Source: Hydrurus foetidus
Lineage: Eukaryota
Assembly: GCA_900617105.1 (NCBI GenBank)
Contig: UYFQ01000476.1
Coordinates: 1 to 64,000, forward strand
Length of the DNA stretch: 64,000 bases
Direction: 5' to 3'
The translations under genes and the position numbers were made by a program. Shown in pieces: positions 20,652 to 34,523 of the stretch. The notes beneath the pieces were generated by a model that was not told the origin of the DNA, did no database searches, and saw only the letters and a list, made by a program, of their open reading frames with translations. Numbering within the stretch: the stretch's first letter is position 1; each line of letters starts with the position of its first letter.

Positions 20652-22378
20652 TTGTATTTATTTATTTATTTTATTTATTCATTGTATTTATTTATTTCGT
20701 ACATATTGTTTACATAATGATGTGACTATGACGATACTGCCTTCTTGTACACATTTATTATGATCTTTCTACTACACATAATTTGTTTACATTATAATGC
20801 ATCTATAACTATACTATCTGATTTTTATATATATATTTGATTACGCACACGAAATGCTTTTCTTTTTATTGCACTTGGCATTTTTTTATTCTTTTTTTTA
20901 TCATTTTTCATTGTTGCATAACTTTCCTAAACACTCCACTAAAATATTTGTTCCTATGAAAATTGATTCCCCTACTAAATCATCTCACAATGACCCAACA
21001 CTATCTTGTATTTTTTGTATATTTTACACACGGATTCAGGATATTTTTCAGCCCCAAAGGTTCACGCTGTCACCGCCTGTGTGTTGTCCTCCGTCTTAGA
21101 CGATCTCTGCCTCATCGCTGTGTGTGTGCACGACATCAGGCTACAGGCAGAAGCTGAATTAGATGGTGAGTAAGAAAATTAGATTTCACTATTTCATCGC
21201 TGTGAACATGACTTTTGCAGAATAAATTTAAATTTCTGTTACTGACTATAATCAATTTACTTTTTTCGATGAGCTTACAGTGTATTCCCCCCCCCCCCTT
21301 CCTTGACTCTCTTTTTATTTTTTATTTTTTATCCTATTGCAAGTCATAAGCACTCTCACTTAATTCTGAATTATGTTGTCTTTTCCATTTATTTGATGCT
21401 ATTTCAGCGCGTTTGAATCCTCGCTCCGCTTCACCACCAACGGAAAGAAAAGAAAAAAATAAAGAAATTATATTACCTGAAAGCTTTATTTCTCTTCGAA
21501 AAAGTCTGAGTTTGAAAAAAGAATCAAGAGGAAGTTTATCTTTCATAAAATCAAAAAATGATGACATGAAATTGTCAGTTAATAAAGACAATAAAATTTT
21601 AAACTTCGATAATTTTGATCCCGTGCCTGTGAGAGAATCTATCAGTAAGAAAAAAACTCCGAGAAGCTCTCTTAACGAACCAATAATAAACGCAATTATT
21701 CAAGATATTAAAATACCTGATACGTCAGATAATTATAATAACAATAATTATAATGAGAAAAACGATAATAATAACGATGTAAGAAGTGTCGAAAGAGAAA
21801 ATGGCAACTCACCTTCAAAATTAGATTTTGTAACTGTGACGAAAATTGACGGAAATATCGTACACGAAGGAGAAGTTAGAACCCCCTCTAAATCACCTAA
21901 AAAAGACAAGAATAAAAATAATCCAAAAGCATTTACCACTGCAGACCGAGAACTTTTGGACAGAATTAGAGCTCAGGAATTCAAAGGAGGACTTGTTGAA
22001 AAAAGACTAAAAAGGTATTTCACTAAATTCCTTTTAAGCTTAATTTTCATTATTGTGCATGGGAAATGATGTTGCTTTTTTCTTTTTAAAAAATGGTGTG
22101 CTTAAACTTGATTGTTACTTTTACATTACTTATTATTCTTTGTTTTTATTATGTGACAATATTTGTCTTTCAGGGTATTTTCTATCTCAAGCAAACTGAA
22201 GGAATCTTCGTTAGAGAACTCTTTTAGGAAGTGGAAAAGCAACAGTGCGCCTATTCTATCTCCCGAGGAAAATGGTGACAGAATTATTCTTGCACCTCAT
22301 AGAAATCTATACACATTTTTTTGTAGTGCTTGGTAATGTCTCATTATTCTTATATGTCGAATATGTCCGAATAACGGT

Positions 22379-22445
<67 letters not shown>

Positions 22446-24539
22446 TTCATTTATTCATTCATTTATTCATTTATTCATACATTAATTTATTTCTTCTTCA
22501 CAATAATAGAGCTGATTCACACAATTTTGCTGCATTTTCAGATTCTGCCATGGCCAGTCTACAAAATAAAATCCTCGAGCTTTCCTCTCAAATTCGAGAA
22601 ATTTCGAATAAGAACGAAACCGTCGCTACACTTTCATCCGAAAAAGCATTGAACAAGTAAGAAACATCGAAAGGACATTTAGATTTGTCATGCATTTCAA
22701 CACTGTCACCGATTTAGTTGTATACAGTGAAATTGTTTTGGAATACAAATTATCGTGAGCGAATTCATTTTCCCATTTTATCAGGGGAAATTCACTGAAA
22801 ATTGTTCGAATCCGTGTTTTTATTTTCTACAGGGAGTTGTCTTCCATCAATGCGGAACTGAGACTCAACGTTCTGGAACTATCCGCCAAGTTAGTGGACT
22901 TCGGAAATGGAAATATAACCATGAGTCCTGGAAAAAGGTGACCATAATATTTAATCGTTTCTACCTCATTGATGTGATAACATCATAGACATTTTTTCAC
23001 GGAAATGAGATTTGCCCAAAACTTTTTTACTTAAATTCTTCAATCATTAATAGACTATAAAATATTTCACAACTCATTAAATTCCCTTTAAAATAGGCTT
23101 GAAATGGTGAAAAACATTTTTATTCGCAGAGAAGAGGAGCTAGCCAGATTCCGCAGAGAGTCCAGGATCCTTCAAGAATGTTTCAGAAATCTTCTTGATG
23201 CAGTAGGTGACTTATTTCGTTTTTCATTCCATTCTAAAGAATCAGTTGTTGATTTTTTTTATTCATGGGCTATGATATTTTATTGCAGCATAACTCCACT
23301 TTTTTTTTATAGAAAAAGCGTTGAATAACTCCATTAATCCTAGTGTTCAACCATTTCGTGAATTTTTTTTTAGGTCCGGAATTATTAGACGAATTGGAAG
23401 AAGTGAAAAGACAAAAAAGCTTGAATTTAAATCCAATGAAAAATGAAATTTCTAAAGCGGATGAATATTTATTAAATATGGGGATACAATTATTGCCCAA
23501 AAAAATAATGAGCAAAAATTTATTTGGGAATAAACTCTCAAGTTATCAGTCCCACGATTCTGAAGAAAATGTCTCTGATTATAGCCGTACTAAAAATGTC
23601 AATATTTCGAATGGCGAAAGATACTCAAATTTCATGAACTATAGTGACAATATTAATGAAAATAGAATTTCAGGTGATTACAATAATAGCCAGAATAATA
23701 ACAATAATTGCATCAATAGAAATAGTAACGAATACAACAATAACAACAAATTTGTAAATATCAAAAATAATAATTACAATAATAATTATAATAGTGATAA
23801 AAGCATATTCCGTAATTACAGTTCGGACGATGCTACAGTATACGAAAAACTTCCTAAAATCGTAAACAAATCCGAATCCGTTATTCTTGAAAAGAATCTA
23901 GTACTAAAAGTTCCTGAGAATTTTGTACCAAAAACTAAAAAAGCTGCGCATCAAATAATTTTGCTGGAGATTAAGAGATTAAGTATCGTATTAGCTGATT
24001 TACAGAATAACGAAAAGAAATTAAAATCGAAGGTACGTTTTTTATTATTTTCAAAAATAAAATGAATCTTGTCTTCTCGTTCTTGCCTCAAAATATCAGA
24101 AGAAACGGAAAGTCAAATACTACACACAACATCACATACTCAATTTGATGTATCCAGAAGAGACCTTTTTTCTTGTCACTCTACATCACCTTTAATTTCT
24201 TGTTAACCTTCTGATTCGAAATTCTTCACGGTGATTCTCAATTCTAGTTTGATGATGCTATTTGACCTTTGTTTATGTCCCCATTTTAACTAATTTTTTG
24301 ATCCTATGATAATTATTTTGTTTTTCACGCAGGCTGTAGTTGAATCATCTCGCAGCGCTTTATTGTTACAAGACTCACATGATTTGAAAAATAGAATTCT
24401 TGATAGAGAAAAAACACTTTTTGCCCTTATGAAAACAGTGAGAATGAAAATCGGTGAAAAAGCCACATACGAGTTAATAACCGAATTAGAACAAAACGGA
24501 ATTTCTGCTGGACATCTGTTAGCACAATCAAATCAATAA
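16381..24539 (+). CDS. Large multi-exon FHA-domain protein with low-complexity and coiled-coil C-terminus
   Basis: N-terminal FHA motifs IGR...SISKQHA...DLNSTNGT. Later exons near 19342-19992, 20352-20549, 21409-22013, 23097-23206, 23374-24032 and 24333-24539 have GT-AG borders. The exon chain is approximate. Confidence 0.75.
18694..19115. repeat. Intronic 12-bp-unit satellite (TACTATTATCAW)n
   Basis: Directly visible tandem array. Confidence 0.95.
20563..20697. repeat. (ATTT)n microsatellite, intronic
   Basis: Visible tetranucleotide run just after a GT donor; a similar run lies at 22378-22475. Confidence 0.95.
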
Positions 24540-25089
24540 AAGCATTTATTTTTCATCATTTATGTGAGTATGAGTAAAATCACGAATTGAAATGATTGTC
24601 ATATTTATTTTGTATTATGGTATTAGTAGACGATTAAGTAGAATAGGCTGTGCTAAATATTAATTTATCTTAAACAAATTGTCGAGAAGACGAATTGAAT
24701 ATTCTGCTCGTATATGAATTTGCAATCCATGAGATCCATTATGTATCTAGTTTAATGATTACACTTATTTAGATGCAAGTCTATAGACTTTACTTTTCAT
24801 GGATACTTTCTATTTGCGAAATTCCTCGAAAAATTATAGTAATTTGTTGGGTAGTAATTTAATATCATTATACAAAATTTTATTTAAGTGACAAATTTTG
24901 CGATTTTTTCAGCATTAACATAAAAAAGTTAATTTTATCCAAAAAAATTAGACAAGCGTCATCCAATTAATTTTCGAAAAAATTCAATTTTGATCATTGG
25001 CTATTATTTGCGATGAATCCTAAGTAAAGCGGCCTCGGATTGTTTTTGATTATATCTATTTGCTGATTAAATGAAAGACTATCCAGGCT

Positions 25090-28000
25090 AGTTCCATTTA
25101 TCGTTGTCAATATATCCCCTGAAAAAATACAGTGTCATGTAGTATGAAGAAGTTTATTTGATAAATCTTTCTGAAGTTCAATTTTTGAAGTTTTGACTTA
25201 CTGCTTAGAAAGATACGATATTGAATTTAGGTGCCTTTTCGATGATTTCTTAATCAATCATATAGAAATCGTGGAGATGAAAAGTAAACACATGACAATT
25301 CATTTCATATAATGAACTCCATATAACTGCTTATATTACAACATAGGCAGATTAAATTGGCACTCACAATACCTGTTTTTAGTACATCGTTAATGGCCTC
25401 AACAATCAGAGAATTTACTTTTGACTGAACCACAGCTATTTCTTTCTTTGAACTCAATTCTTTCTAAAAGTCAGGTTGTGGTAAAAGGTGAGAGAATCAA
25501 TAGCAATAATTTCGAATTTCTTATAGAGTAGTAAGTCGATTGATTAAATTATTCAAAATTGATCAGGTTAAGATTGTCTACACACCTAAATTCGCAGAAA
25601 AATGATTTTTAGAATCAAGTTTATTTTAAAAATTGTAATAAAAAAAAGCTCCAAAAAAGCGTGAATTAAAAGCTCCAAAAAGAAATATGAAAATCACATA
25701 TACAAGTAATTTTGTTACCTTTGAAAATATGATTCCTAACTTCTGATTGTCAAAACGCATAATCTTAAGAGCAACAAAAGAAAGCTTCGCAACATCGCTC
25801 ACTATCCCACATAAATCTTTTTGATTTTGAAATCCAAAAGAATTGGCATTACAACTAGAAACAGAATTTCCTCTCGCATTTAGATTGAAATTTGAAGCTT
25901 GATTTGAATTTAAATGCAAACTTGAATACATATTCGTCTCTGGAATATTTTCAGTTTGAGATGATGAGGATATTTTTGAAATAGCATATCTCCTCATTAA
26001 ATTATTTTGCAAGTCTGGCATTATTGATTTTTTTATTTGATTTATTTTATGCTTTATAATATCGACTTTTTTGAATTCTTTGACGTCATTTATTAGAGTC
26101 ACTTCAACATCATTACTCGATTCATAATCATAGAGGCAATCAGATTTGACAGAAATAGAGGAAGATGATCTATTATTTTTACTGCAAACACCGCTAACGC
26201 TAAATCCTGAAATATTCAAATAGCCCGAAATAATATTATTAGATGCAAAACAGTCATTATAGCTTATTTCTCTATTTTCAAATTCGTAGTTGCGGGAGTG
26301 ATTTGTAGTTTGGAACTGCACTTCCACATTACTGCCATAATCGTTACCATAATCCTCATCTTCCTTTTCTTCTCCCCCACTTTCTCCTTGTTTCTCATTT
26401 TTATTTTCATTTTCCACTCCAATGGTTTTATCTTTTGCTCCCTCAAACTCGTCAATCCGGTTAAAACCATTCCTGAGAAATCCTTCCGATTGGAATACAT
26501 TTATTGGCCGAAAACCAACTGTTGCAAAACGATCATCATTGATGTTTAGTATGATTTAGAGTTGGTCGGGGATTATAGTTAATGCATGTTTGATGATAAT
26601 AATACTTTAACATATTTATTAAGACACCATTATTGGTTTTGGACACTCAGTAAAAGTCACTGAGCAATCAATTTTCCATCAAAATCATTCTATGCAGTTC
26701 TCAGCTATTAATAATTTCGGCATAATTAAATAGAAAAGCAAATGCTGCTGCAAGTAAGTGCTTGTTACATGAAATGTAAAAAAGAGACACATGCGTAATT
26801 AAGGCACAAAAACTAAAATTTGTTGAATCAAAACTCACGTGACGTCTTTTTTTCTAGCATTTTGATGAGTTGCCGGAACGACCAAGAAGGGTTGTCAGAT
26901 TCCAGCAAAAGTTCCAGGTCTGTAAAATAATTGACAAAATCTCATTTATTAGATGGATCATCGTAAATACGGGAGAGATGTATATGGGGATGGATTCCGT
27001 CATGTATAGCTGCTGATGGTACTTCCCATAGAGCGGAGGATTACTGGAGAAGAACTTACTCACAAACAGATTAATTTATCAACTGACTAACTAACTGACT
27101 GACTGACTTAGTGACTAAATCAATTACCCAACCAACTTGCCAAATAATTACTAATTACCATTAGACTGATAACTGACACGTTACGAAATAATATGATAAA
27201 ATGAAGATGAAAAAAGAAATTAAAACACAGAAAATAATCAAGAAGCGCAAAGTAGATATCGCCGTCAGAATACCTTCAGGGCAAGGTCGCCAATCGGAGC
27301 AATTGATAAAAATCCCATCTTCAACTTTGGCTTCTTCTTGACCATTCAATATTTTCCGCAGCCCTAAGATAAGGTAATATTCAAAAAGTGTACTTCATAA
27401 ATTGTTGTGTTTATTTGTGATCCAAATCTATATGGAATAATCCTTTTGAAACAGATAAACATTTCATGATGTTCGATATTCTCACAATGATCGACTTGCT
27501 TCCAATTATTATGACCACCAACCGCTACAACAGGAATAGGAACTGGTCTCACTGGAGTCGGGCAACTGCTGCTTGAAGAAGAGGAACCTGCTTTCCTATC
27601 GTTTTTCACGATTATTTTCTCCGTATTATCAAGAGCTGCTGACGCACTAGAGGTGCCAGATGTTATATCATCGGATGCATTACTAATTCTCTTTCTCCCC
27701 ATTGAATCGTAAGTGCCATCTAATAGGCTCTTAAAATCACCCTTCTGAATCAATTTTAGCACTCTTTGTCCCATATCAGCTTTACTAGCAGTACCAGGAA
27801 ATTTCACTCCTAGATATTTGCATAGAAGCCTTAAGTCCTTGTAATCCAAAGCCTGCATGATGCTCCACATTGTTGGTTCACCTCGCGGAAACGTTCTTGC
27901 TATTCTCAAAGCCTCTAATCGGAGTGCATCTTCAGAAAGTGGGGGACGGGCCGCGATTTTCGAAACTACTTGCGCAGGAAGTGGAACTAGTATCGAGGGA

Positions 28001-28209
28001 CGTTTGCGGATAAACAATGGGACAGCCGTATCAGCTTGTTCGTTTTTCTTCTTCTCAGTGGAATCAGAATACGCTAGGGCTGGAAGCATTGCATCTAGCT
28101 GTGACAAACTCTCACGATACGAGTATTGTGGACTGTTCCGCTGGGTGCATATGATTGGCGTCAGGTCGTCACTTGAGCCATCGTCACACTCTGTTTCACT
28201 ACCACTCAT
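25090..28209 (-). CDS. Multi-exon hypothetical protein with a SAP-like motif
   Basis: ORFs 27364-28209 and 25626-26417 plus small exons. LDYKDLRLLCKYLGVKFPGTASKADMGQRV resembles a SAP helix-extension-helix. The 3' end is uncertain. Confidence 0.55.
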
Positions 28210-28838
28210 TTCAAGTCGGCAGAATCGGGGCCGCTTTGTGTCTGATGTCGACTACTTCTCACATAAGACTGGGGAAATTCAGTCTTCGATCTTCGCTGTC
28301 GATGACAGTTTTTCGATCTTACGACTTTTCATGCCGTTTGGGATAAATTCATAATGAAAAAAATGAGAACCGTATAGAATTCTGAAGTGCACACAAGATT
28401 ATTCGGTGTTGACTTTTGAAGAAGCGAATATAGAATTTAGGGCACTGTAGTCATATTTCTCGACATCTGTGGAGTCAATCACTTCATTGAAATTCAGTGG
28501 CCTGTAGAACACAAATGCCATTCTCAGATGCACCTCAACAGAAAGATTCACCATTTGCTGAACCACTCAGTATGACACCATAAAAATGCAATCGAGACGA
28601 ATATTGACGGGGTGAAAGTAAACATACTTCGGCTTTGATATTGTAGTGTCTTTAATGCGTTTTAATACGGGGTAGTGCTGTAGCACAACCAGTTTAACTT
28701 TATGCCATTGTGAGAAGATTCATGCATGTCTATCCGAAAATTGAAACAGCATTACAAACATAATTCTGATCAACCAAGCTTTCGATAAACAGCTTTCGTT
28801 ACTCTGCCTCGTTTCCTGAGTGTTTTATCAGTTGTAAA

Positions 28839-29288
28839 TTATGCTGCCTGACTCCGGAGGTGCGCGAATACCTTGCTCTTTATCCAGTTTCTATCTTTAG
28901 GGTCGTATTTACTAGTAGACGAGTCTAAGACAAGACCGCAAATGTCGTGGAGATTGTCAATATAGTTATAGAGGTCGGAAATGTCATATGTAATGTGCTG
29001 TACGGACGGGTTAAGCTCCTTTAGCTTATGCTCGTACATCTTGACAATAGCTGTGTGTTGATATTTTGAAAAAAGTTGTCGGTACTATTAGAATTTTCAT
29101 TGGATGAGAGAAGTTGATATTGCCACGAAAATTTCAACAAAATTCCACATCAGAACTGTTACTGAGGCAGTACGGTCGACTTTCGTACCATCCATTGCAG
29201 CTGGGACACTAGGGAAATCCAAGTATGATCTGGACTGGTATGATGACGCGTACTGTATCAAAACAATCGTGTGAGATCCTTGCAACAT
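28839..29288 (-). CDS. ERH: Enhancer of rudimentary homolog
   Basis: SHTIVLIQY...SRSYLDF...MYEHKLKELNPSVQHITYDISDLYNYID...WIKSKVF; intron 29188-29051. Confidence 0.95.
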
Positions 29289-29672
29289 TTCTTCTCGAGG
29301 GCACGACCGGCGGTTTGAAGGAGAAGCCTTTTCTTGCCTTTGTAGTAATACGTTTCGCTCGATTTGCGTGAAGAGGGTAAGTTGTGAGTACACATCATGT
29401 CCAAACAGTTGACACTGTTATGTAGGTCTACTGCGTGGATTTTTGGCAATCCGATCTCAGAAATACACAGGATGTCCCGTCTCCAACGGCGCGGGAAATA
29501 CGGCATAAAACCGGAAACATTTTAGTGAAATCTTGAACAGACAACTTCGACTGGAAGAAAACATGTGGCTGTGTCTACGGGAGACAAAATAAGTCCTCCC
29601 TCCAATTGGAGTTGATAGTTGATACGAAACCTGGCTGTTGGTCCTTACTCTTATAGATACATTTAGTTGACG

Positions 29673-30509
29673 ATGGGAAAAGGGTGAGTGTGAGCCTTAA
29701 ATGCAGTCGCGTCTGAGGAATTGGCAGCGTCTTTTCAATAGCTTCGTCGACAATTGACGAATTATCATCTAACGCATCAATTGCGGACTGTCGTGTTTTA
29801 AAATAACAGTAAACCAAGTGGTCTTCGCGCTGGCCGCAAGCTCGTGAATCATCGCAGACATGAGAGATGGTCGAGCAAACAGTACAACAAGTCACACTCC
29901 GTGACTGCCATGAAGGCCAATCCTCTCGGAGGCTCATGCATGTCTAAAGGAATTGTTTTAGAGAAAATGTAAGTAGCATCATCAACATTCGCATTTCTTG
30001 CCACAGACAGCCGAATGCAGCGCAAGTACTGACCGGATTTGTTCTAATTTTTGAATAAAGTGGTCTTGAGGCCAAGCAGCCTAACTCTGCCATTCGTAAG
30101 GGTGTGCGTGTGCAGCTAATCAAGAACGGAAAGAAGATCGCATGCTTCGTTCCTCGCGACGGTTGCCTTAACTACGTCGACGAGAACGTAAGTTGAATTC
30201 AGCGTGTGTGGTACGAATGGAAGTGCAGTGGGTAGATATGCAAGAGTTCGATGATGGAACAAGAGCATGATTATTGTACCAGACTCCAACCTGAACTTTA
30301 TACATGTGTTTCGCCCTCTACGTATTTTTCTGGAGCGTTAATATTCATCGGTTCTTATCGTAATGCAGGACGAAGTTCTTATTGCTGGTTTCGGAAAGCG
30401 TGGCAAATCGAAGGGAGATATCCCCGGTTGTCGTTTCAAGGTCGTGAAAGTGTCGGGAGTATCTCTTCTGGCTCTTTACAAGGGCAAGAAGGAGAAGCCA
30501 AGATCATAA
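29673..30509 (+). CDS. RPS23: 40S ribosomal protein S23 (uS12), 4 exons; absent from the ORF track
   Basis: [15 protein letters not shown]...[39 protein letters not shown]...GDIPG...KKEKPRS; introns 29684-29809, 29969-30060 and 30188-30309. Confidence 0.97.
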
Positions 30510-30738
30510 ATATCCCGTACCATCCCTCACAATCAATCACTCAAAAATCAACTAAATAAACCAAAAAATCTGAAATACGGTATCTTTTCTTCGGATTACA
30601 TATGAACACCGAAAAGGTTATACTAATATGCACTGTATGGTACAGAGGACTACAGAGCAACGAATTTGAACGAAAGGAGATGGCAATACCGCATGTGAAG
30701 CCTCAGAGTCTTCTTACTCATAATCCATACGGAAGGCT

Positions 30739-32016
30739 TTACGTAAACTTGTCATCGGACACTGGAAAAAAATCATCGTAAACACCGTCGTCATTTTGCA
30801 GCCACGGATCCGTTCCTACGTCCCACGGGGAATCAATTTCATACTGCAGCTGCTTGGGCGTTTTTCTTGAACGGTTATTTTCCCTCATAGCCAGAATGAG
30901 ACCACCAATGAGAGCAATATAAGCTGCGAAAAGTGATGCTTGGTCAACTGATGAAATTCTGTAATAGTCCTCGGACTCTTCTCCCCAACCCATGAATCGA
31001 CTGAAAGTTTGATATGTCCCAGCCATCATGATAAGGTAAAATATAGGATTACTCACTGCACCATAGTAGATCATCGCGCCACCACCGGCAAGTCCAATTA
31101 CGCCTATAGAAGGGGAGATAGCGCCACATATACGTCCTCCATCCATACTTCCAATAGGAAGTAAATTAAACAGATTGATCAGCAGGCCCCAGTCTGCAAG
31201 GGCAAACAGCATTTGATTGCCAGTAGCAGCACCAGCGGCGGCAACAGTTAAAGCAGCAGCAGATCCCAACACTGGACCTCCAAAGGCAATGATGGCTTCC
31301 TCATAGGAGTTCTTAGGTCTCTTCTCCATCGCAATAACAGCACCCATGAAAGGAATGAAAACCATCGGTGAAAATGGGAGACCATAACGCATCATCACAA
31401 GAGCGTGGCCGCATTCGTGCACAAAAATTAAGCCAACCATTCCAATCGCATATGGCCATCCGAATATAAAGGAATACGCTGCACTGCTTATAACCATCGA
31501 AATCAGTGGAGCGGCCTTTGTCAACTTCAAACCTATCAGGACAAACTTCAATTTTCCGAAAAGGAACGAAGCACCGAGACCAATTGAAACCATCATTCCT
31601 GTCCTAGATTTTGGTGGGGTTGGATCGTCAGGTGGCTTCTCGTCATCAGGTTTTTCGTAGATGTACTTTATACTTTTAGATTCATCGTCTTTCCGCTTTT
31701 GTTCATCATCAGTTTTCTCATAGATGTACTTTGCACTCTTAGATTCTTCATCCTTCCGCTTTTCATCGTCGAGAGATGATAGTGGTCGACATTGACTTCG
31801 AAAACTACCAACAGGATGAGTAATTCGCTTCTTTCCATCGAATTTCGTAGATGAAGAACTGTACAATCGTCTCTCCAGCCCATCCAATAGCGCTGATGGT
31901 GAACTCATTTTAATGCGGATGGTAGCTGAGAGAGCTCCACCAGGTCTTCTTGAGAAGCTCGATCCTGCATTTCGGATGCTCGACAGCGCGAAATTTCTGC
32001 TATTCATGCAGAACAT
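30739..32016 (-). CDS. Site-2 protease (peptidase M50) with organellar-type presequence
   Basis: HECGH zinc motif within a hydrophobic segment, AFGGP and FNLLPIGSMDGG; R/S-rich N-terminus; no intron evident. Confidence 0.92.
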   Translation of the reverse strand: MFCMNSRNFALSSIRNAGSSFSRRPGGALSATIRIKMSSPSALLDGLERRLYSSSSTKFDGKKRITHPVGSFRSQCRPLSSLDDEKRKDEESKSAKYIYEKTDDEQKRKDDESKSIKYIYEKPDDEKPPDDPTPPKSRTGMMVSIGLGASFLFGKLKFVLIGLKLTKAAPLISMVISSAAYSFIFGWPYAIGMVGLIFVHECGHALVMMRYGLPFSPMVFIPFMGAVIAMEKRPKNSYEEAIIAFGGPVLGSAAALTVAAAGAATGNQMLFALADWGLLINLFNLLPIGSMDGGRICGAISPSIGVIGLAGGGAMIYYGAVSNPIFYLIMMAGTYQTFSRFMGWGEESEDYYRISSVDQASLFAAYIALIGGLILAMRENNRSRKTPKQLQYEIDSPWDVGTDPWLQNDDGVYDDFFPVSDDKFT

Positions 32017-32656
32017 CCTGCTTCCTTGATAAGTGACAACTGCGATAGCTTCAGCTGATTTTCACTCTACTTGAAGAACCACTCTCCGAGGCGTTATGTG
32101 TCCATGAAAATGTCTGAGCTCGAGCTTCGTTATCAACAATCAACACGCAACACATGATATAATATTCCGCATTCGATTTCCATTCCGCACTTCGACTTCC
32201 TACGCCGTACTGTAGCCTGATACTGATAGCTGACAGGCTGCTGAATTGACACGAAACTCCTGTGTAGGTTGATTCTGTTGGTGATATGTTAGACAGTACA
32301 CATACATTTAAAAATGCATGCGTTTTAATACGTCGTGATGCAATATAAATACCATGTATTATACTTTCATTCGTGTGATATTTTTCATCTTTTATGGAAT
32401 TAAATAGCAGGAATCATATAGCTGAGGACGAGAGGTAAAAGCGGGAGTAGTTCATAATCATCCCTAGCATTAATCTACACAGGTGGAAGATTCCAAAAGA
32501 GACTCTTTCCTGAAATTAAATGAGTTAGCATCGTTTCCTCTGAGGCATGTTTTTTTTTTATTTAGTCATAATTTTGTTTCCTAAGAATCGAGAACTAATT
32601 AATTACTACATATTACAAATGCACATAGGGTACAAAACTCAAATAATCATTGTTAT

Positions 32657-34279
32657 CTAGTCAGTCATTTTTGACATAAAGCCAGAAAAAGAAGCTGCCT
32701 TCTCCTTTTTTTCATTTCCCCCCTCACTATTGCTTTCTTCCCTTAATTTTCTTTCTGACAGTTTTTCCTTAAGCAATTTAAGTTTTAAACTTAATTCATC
32801 TCCGTTTTCTTTTTTAACTTCAATAGGAACAAGAGCAGGGGCTCTTAAATCTACAGCAGAACGTATGATTTTCTTCCTAGGAATAGAGTTTATTCGTAAT
32901 TGAGCTTTTTCATCCCTGTGCCTGTAATACCAATCTGTTCTTCCTATGAGTCCAAGTTCCATTCCTAATTCCGTGTCGTAATTAATTGCACTAATTCTTT
33001 CACGAAATTGTACAACAGTATTCTTCATCACTTCAAAATTACCATCTGCTAATAACCGTCTTAAATCCATGTTTTTGGGCGCGTCTGAGAATCTGTATAA
33101 AATTTTAAATAAATGACTTCGAACCACCTGAAATAACGGCCTTGGTAATTTATGGGATTCTAATATTCTCAAGAAATCATCTGCTGTTTGTAATTGGGAT
33201 CTTGCGAAGTCTTCTCGGAATAATCGATCTCCTTCTTCTGAGAACATCTTAGGATTTCCCAACAGACCTTCCGATGACATCACACCATCGGCTCCCGTTA
33301 TCTCCATACACCTATTTAACACAATAAACACAATATCAAATACATTCCGACGATGTTCAATGATCATGATAGCTTCTTTTAGAAACCAAAATAAACACGA
33401 CATGGAATGCATTTAAACAGTAGTCGATTATTAGAATAGTTTGAATTGTTCCGTTGTGACTCACCTAATAGCATCATCTCTGCAAGCTATCCCTCCATTA
33501 GCAATAACAGGAATGCTTAAAGAGTTTTTTACCTGTCTGATAATATCCCAGTTAGCAGGAGTGACAAATAATTTATTAGAGTCAACAGTACGGCCATGCA
33601 CGGTGATCATAGAGACACCACAGTCCTCAATAGCTCTACACAATTCGAGAGTTTCTTTATCCGTTGAAAGACATCTGACTTTTGCTGTAATGGGACAGTC
33701 AAGATTCTGTACCATAGCAGTCAGAAGTTTGACAATTAGCGCCTTATCTGGCAGTAAATAGGCACCATAGTTTCCTTTTTTAGCAATCTTCTGTGGACAG
33801 CCTAAATTCAAATCTATCGCAGCCACATCGTGGTGCAGATATTTGCCAGCTTCCACAAGAACATGGGGATCGTCTCCAGCTAACTGGACAATCAGAGGCC
33901 CATCTAATTTCTTAGAACGTTCAGCTTCTTCAGTCCCCCCAGAGTGAGTGTAATCATCCCAGTCTACGCAGTCCGACCGGTAATTCTTATCAGTCATAAA
34001 ATTTCGGGCGTGCATCATCTGCGAAAAGGCCAAGTCTGCCCCATTTTCTCGAACAAGAAGGCGCCAGGCGAGGTTCGATTGGTCAACCATCGGTGCTGAG
34101 ATGAACTTTGGACTGCCAATTGATTCGTAGAAAGTGCCAGACATGGAAAGCGATAGACTTCGTTGGAGAGTAAATTTTGAAACAGGTCTACATCGATATG
34201 AACTCATCATGTTGACGATGGACAGGATCAGGAGAATAGAAAAGATTATTTTTCCCGGGAGATTAACACTCATTAACAT
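32657..34279 (-). CDS. tRNA-dihydrouridine synthase (DUS1-like)
   Basis: APMVDQS, PLIVQL, IDLNLGCPQKIAKKGNYGAYL, TVHGRT, IANGGI and TGADGVMSSEGLLGNP; intron 33464-33312. Confidence 0.93.
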
Positions 34280-34523
34280 CCCACTACTACTTCGTGTGCG
34301 TTGTCACTCTCATTCAGAATAAATTGATTGTAACGAGGTCGTGTTTGAGGTGGATGGAGGAGACAGGAGACAGGCCGATGCGAATGTATCGAGTTTCATT
34401 GACTTCGGTCTACCGTCTGTAAAGTCTCATAATCGGCGCGTTTACTGCTGACTGCTTACCTGTGCTACTCCTTTTCAGATATGTCTTCAATCTTAATAGT
34501 CAAAGAAGTTTTCTAGAGCGAGA

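Noticed and set aside
30251..30559. 102-aa ORF (and antisense ORF 29575-29937)
   Set aside because: Off-frame or antisense overlaps of RPS23 exons and introns
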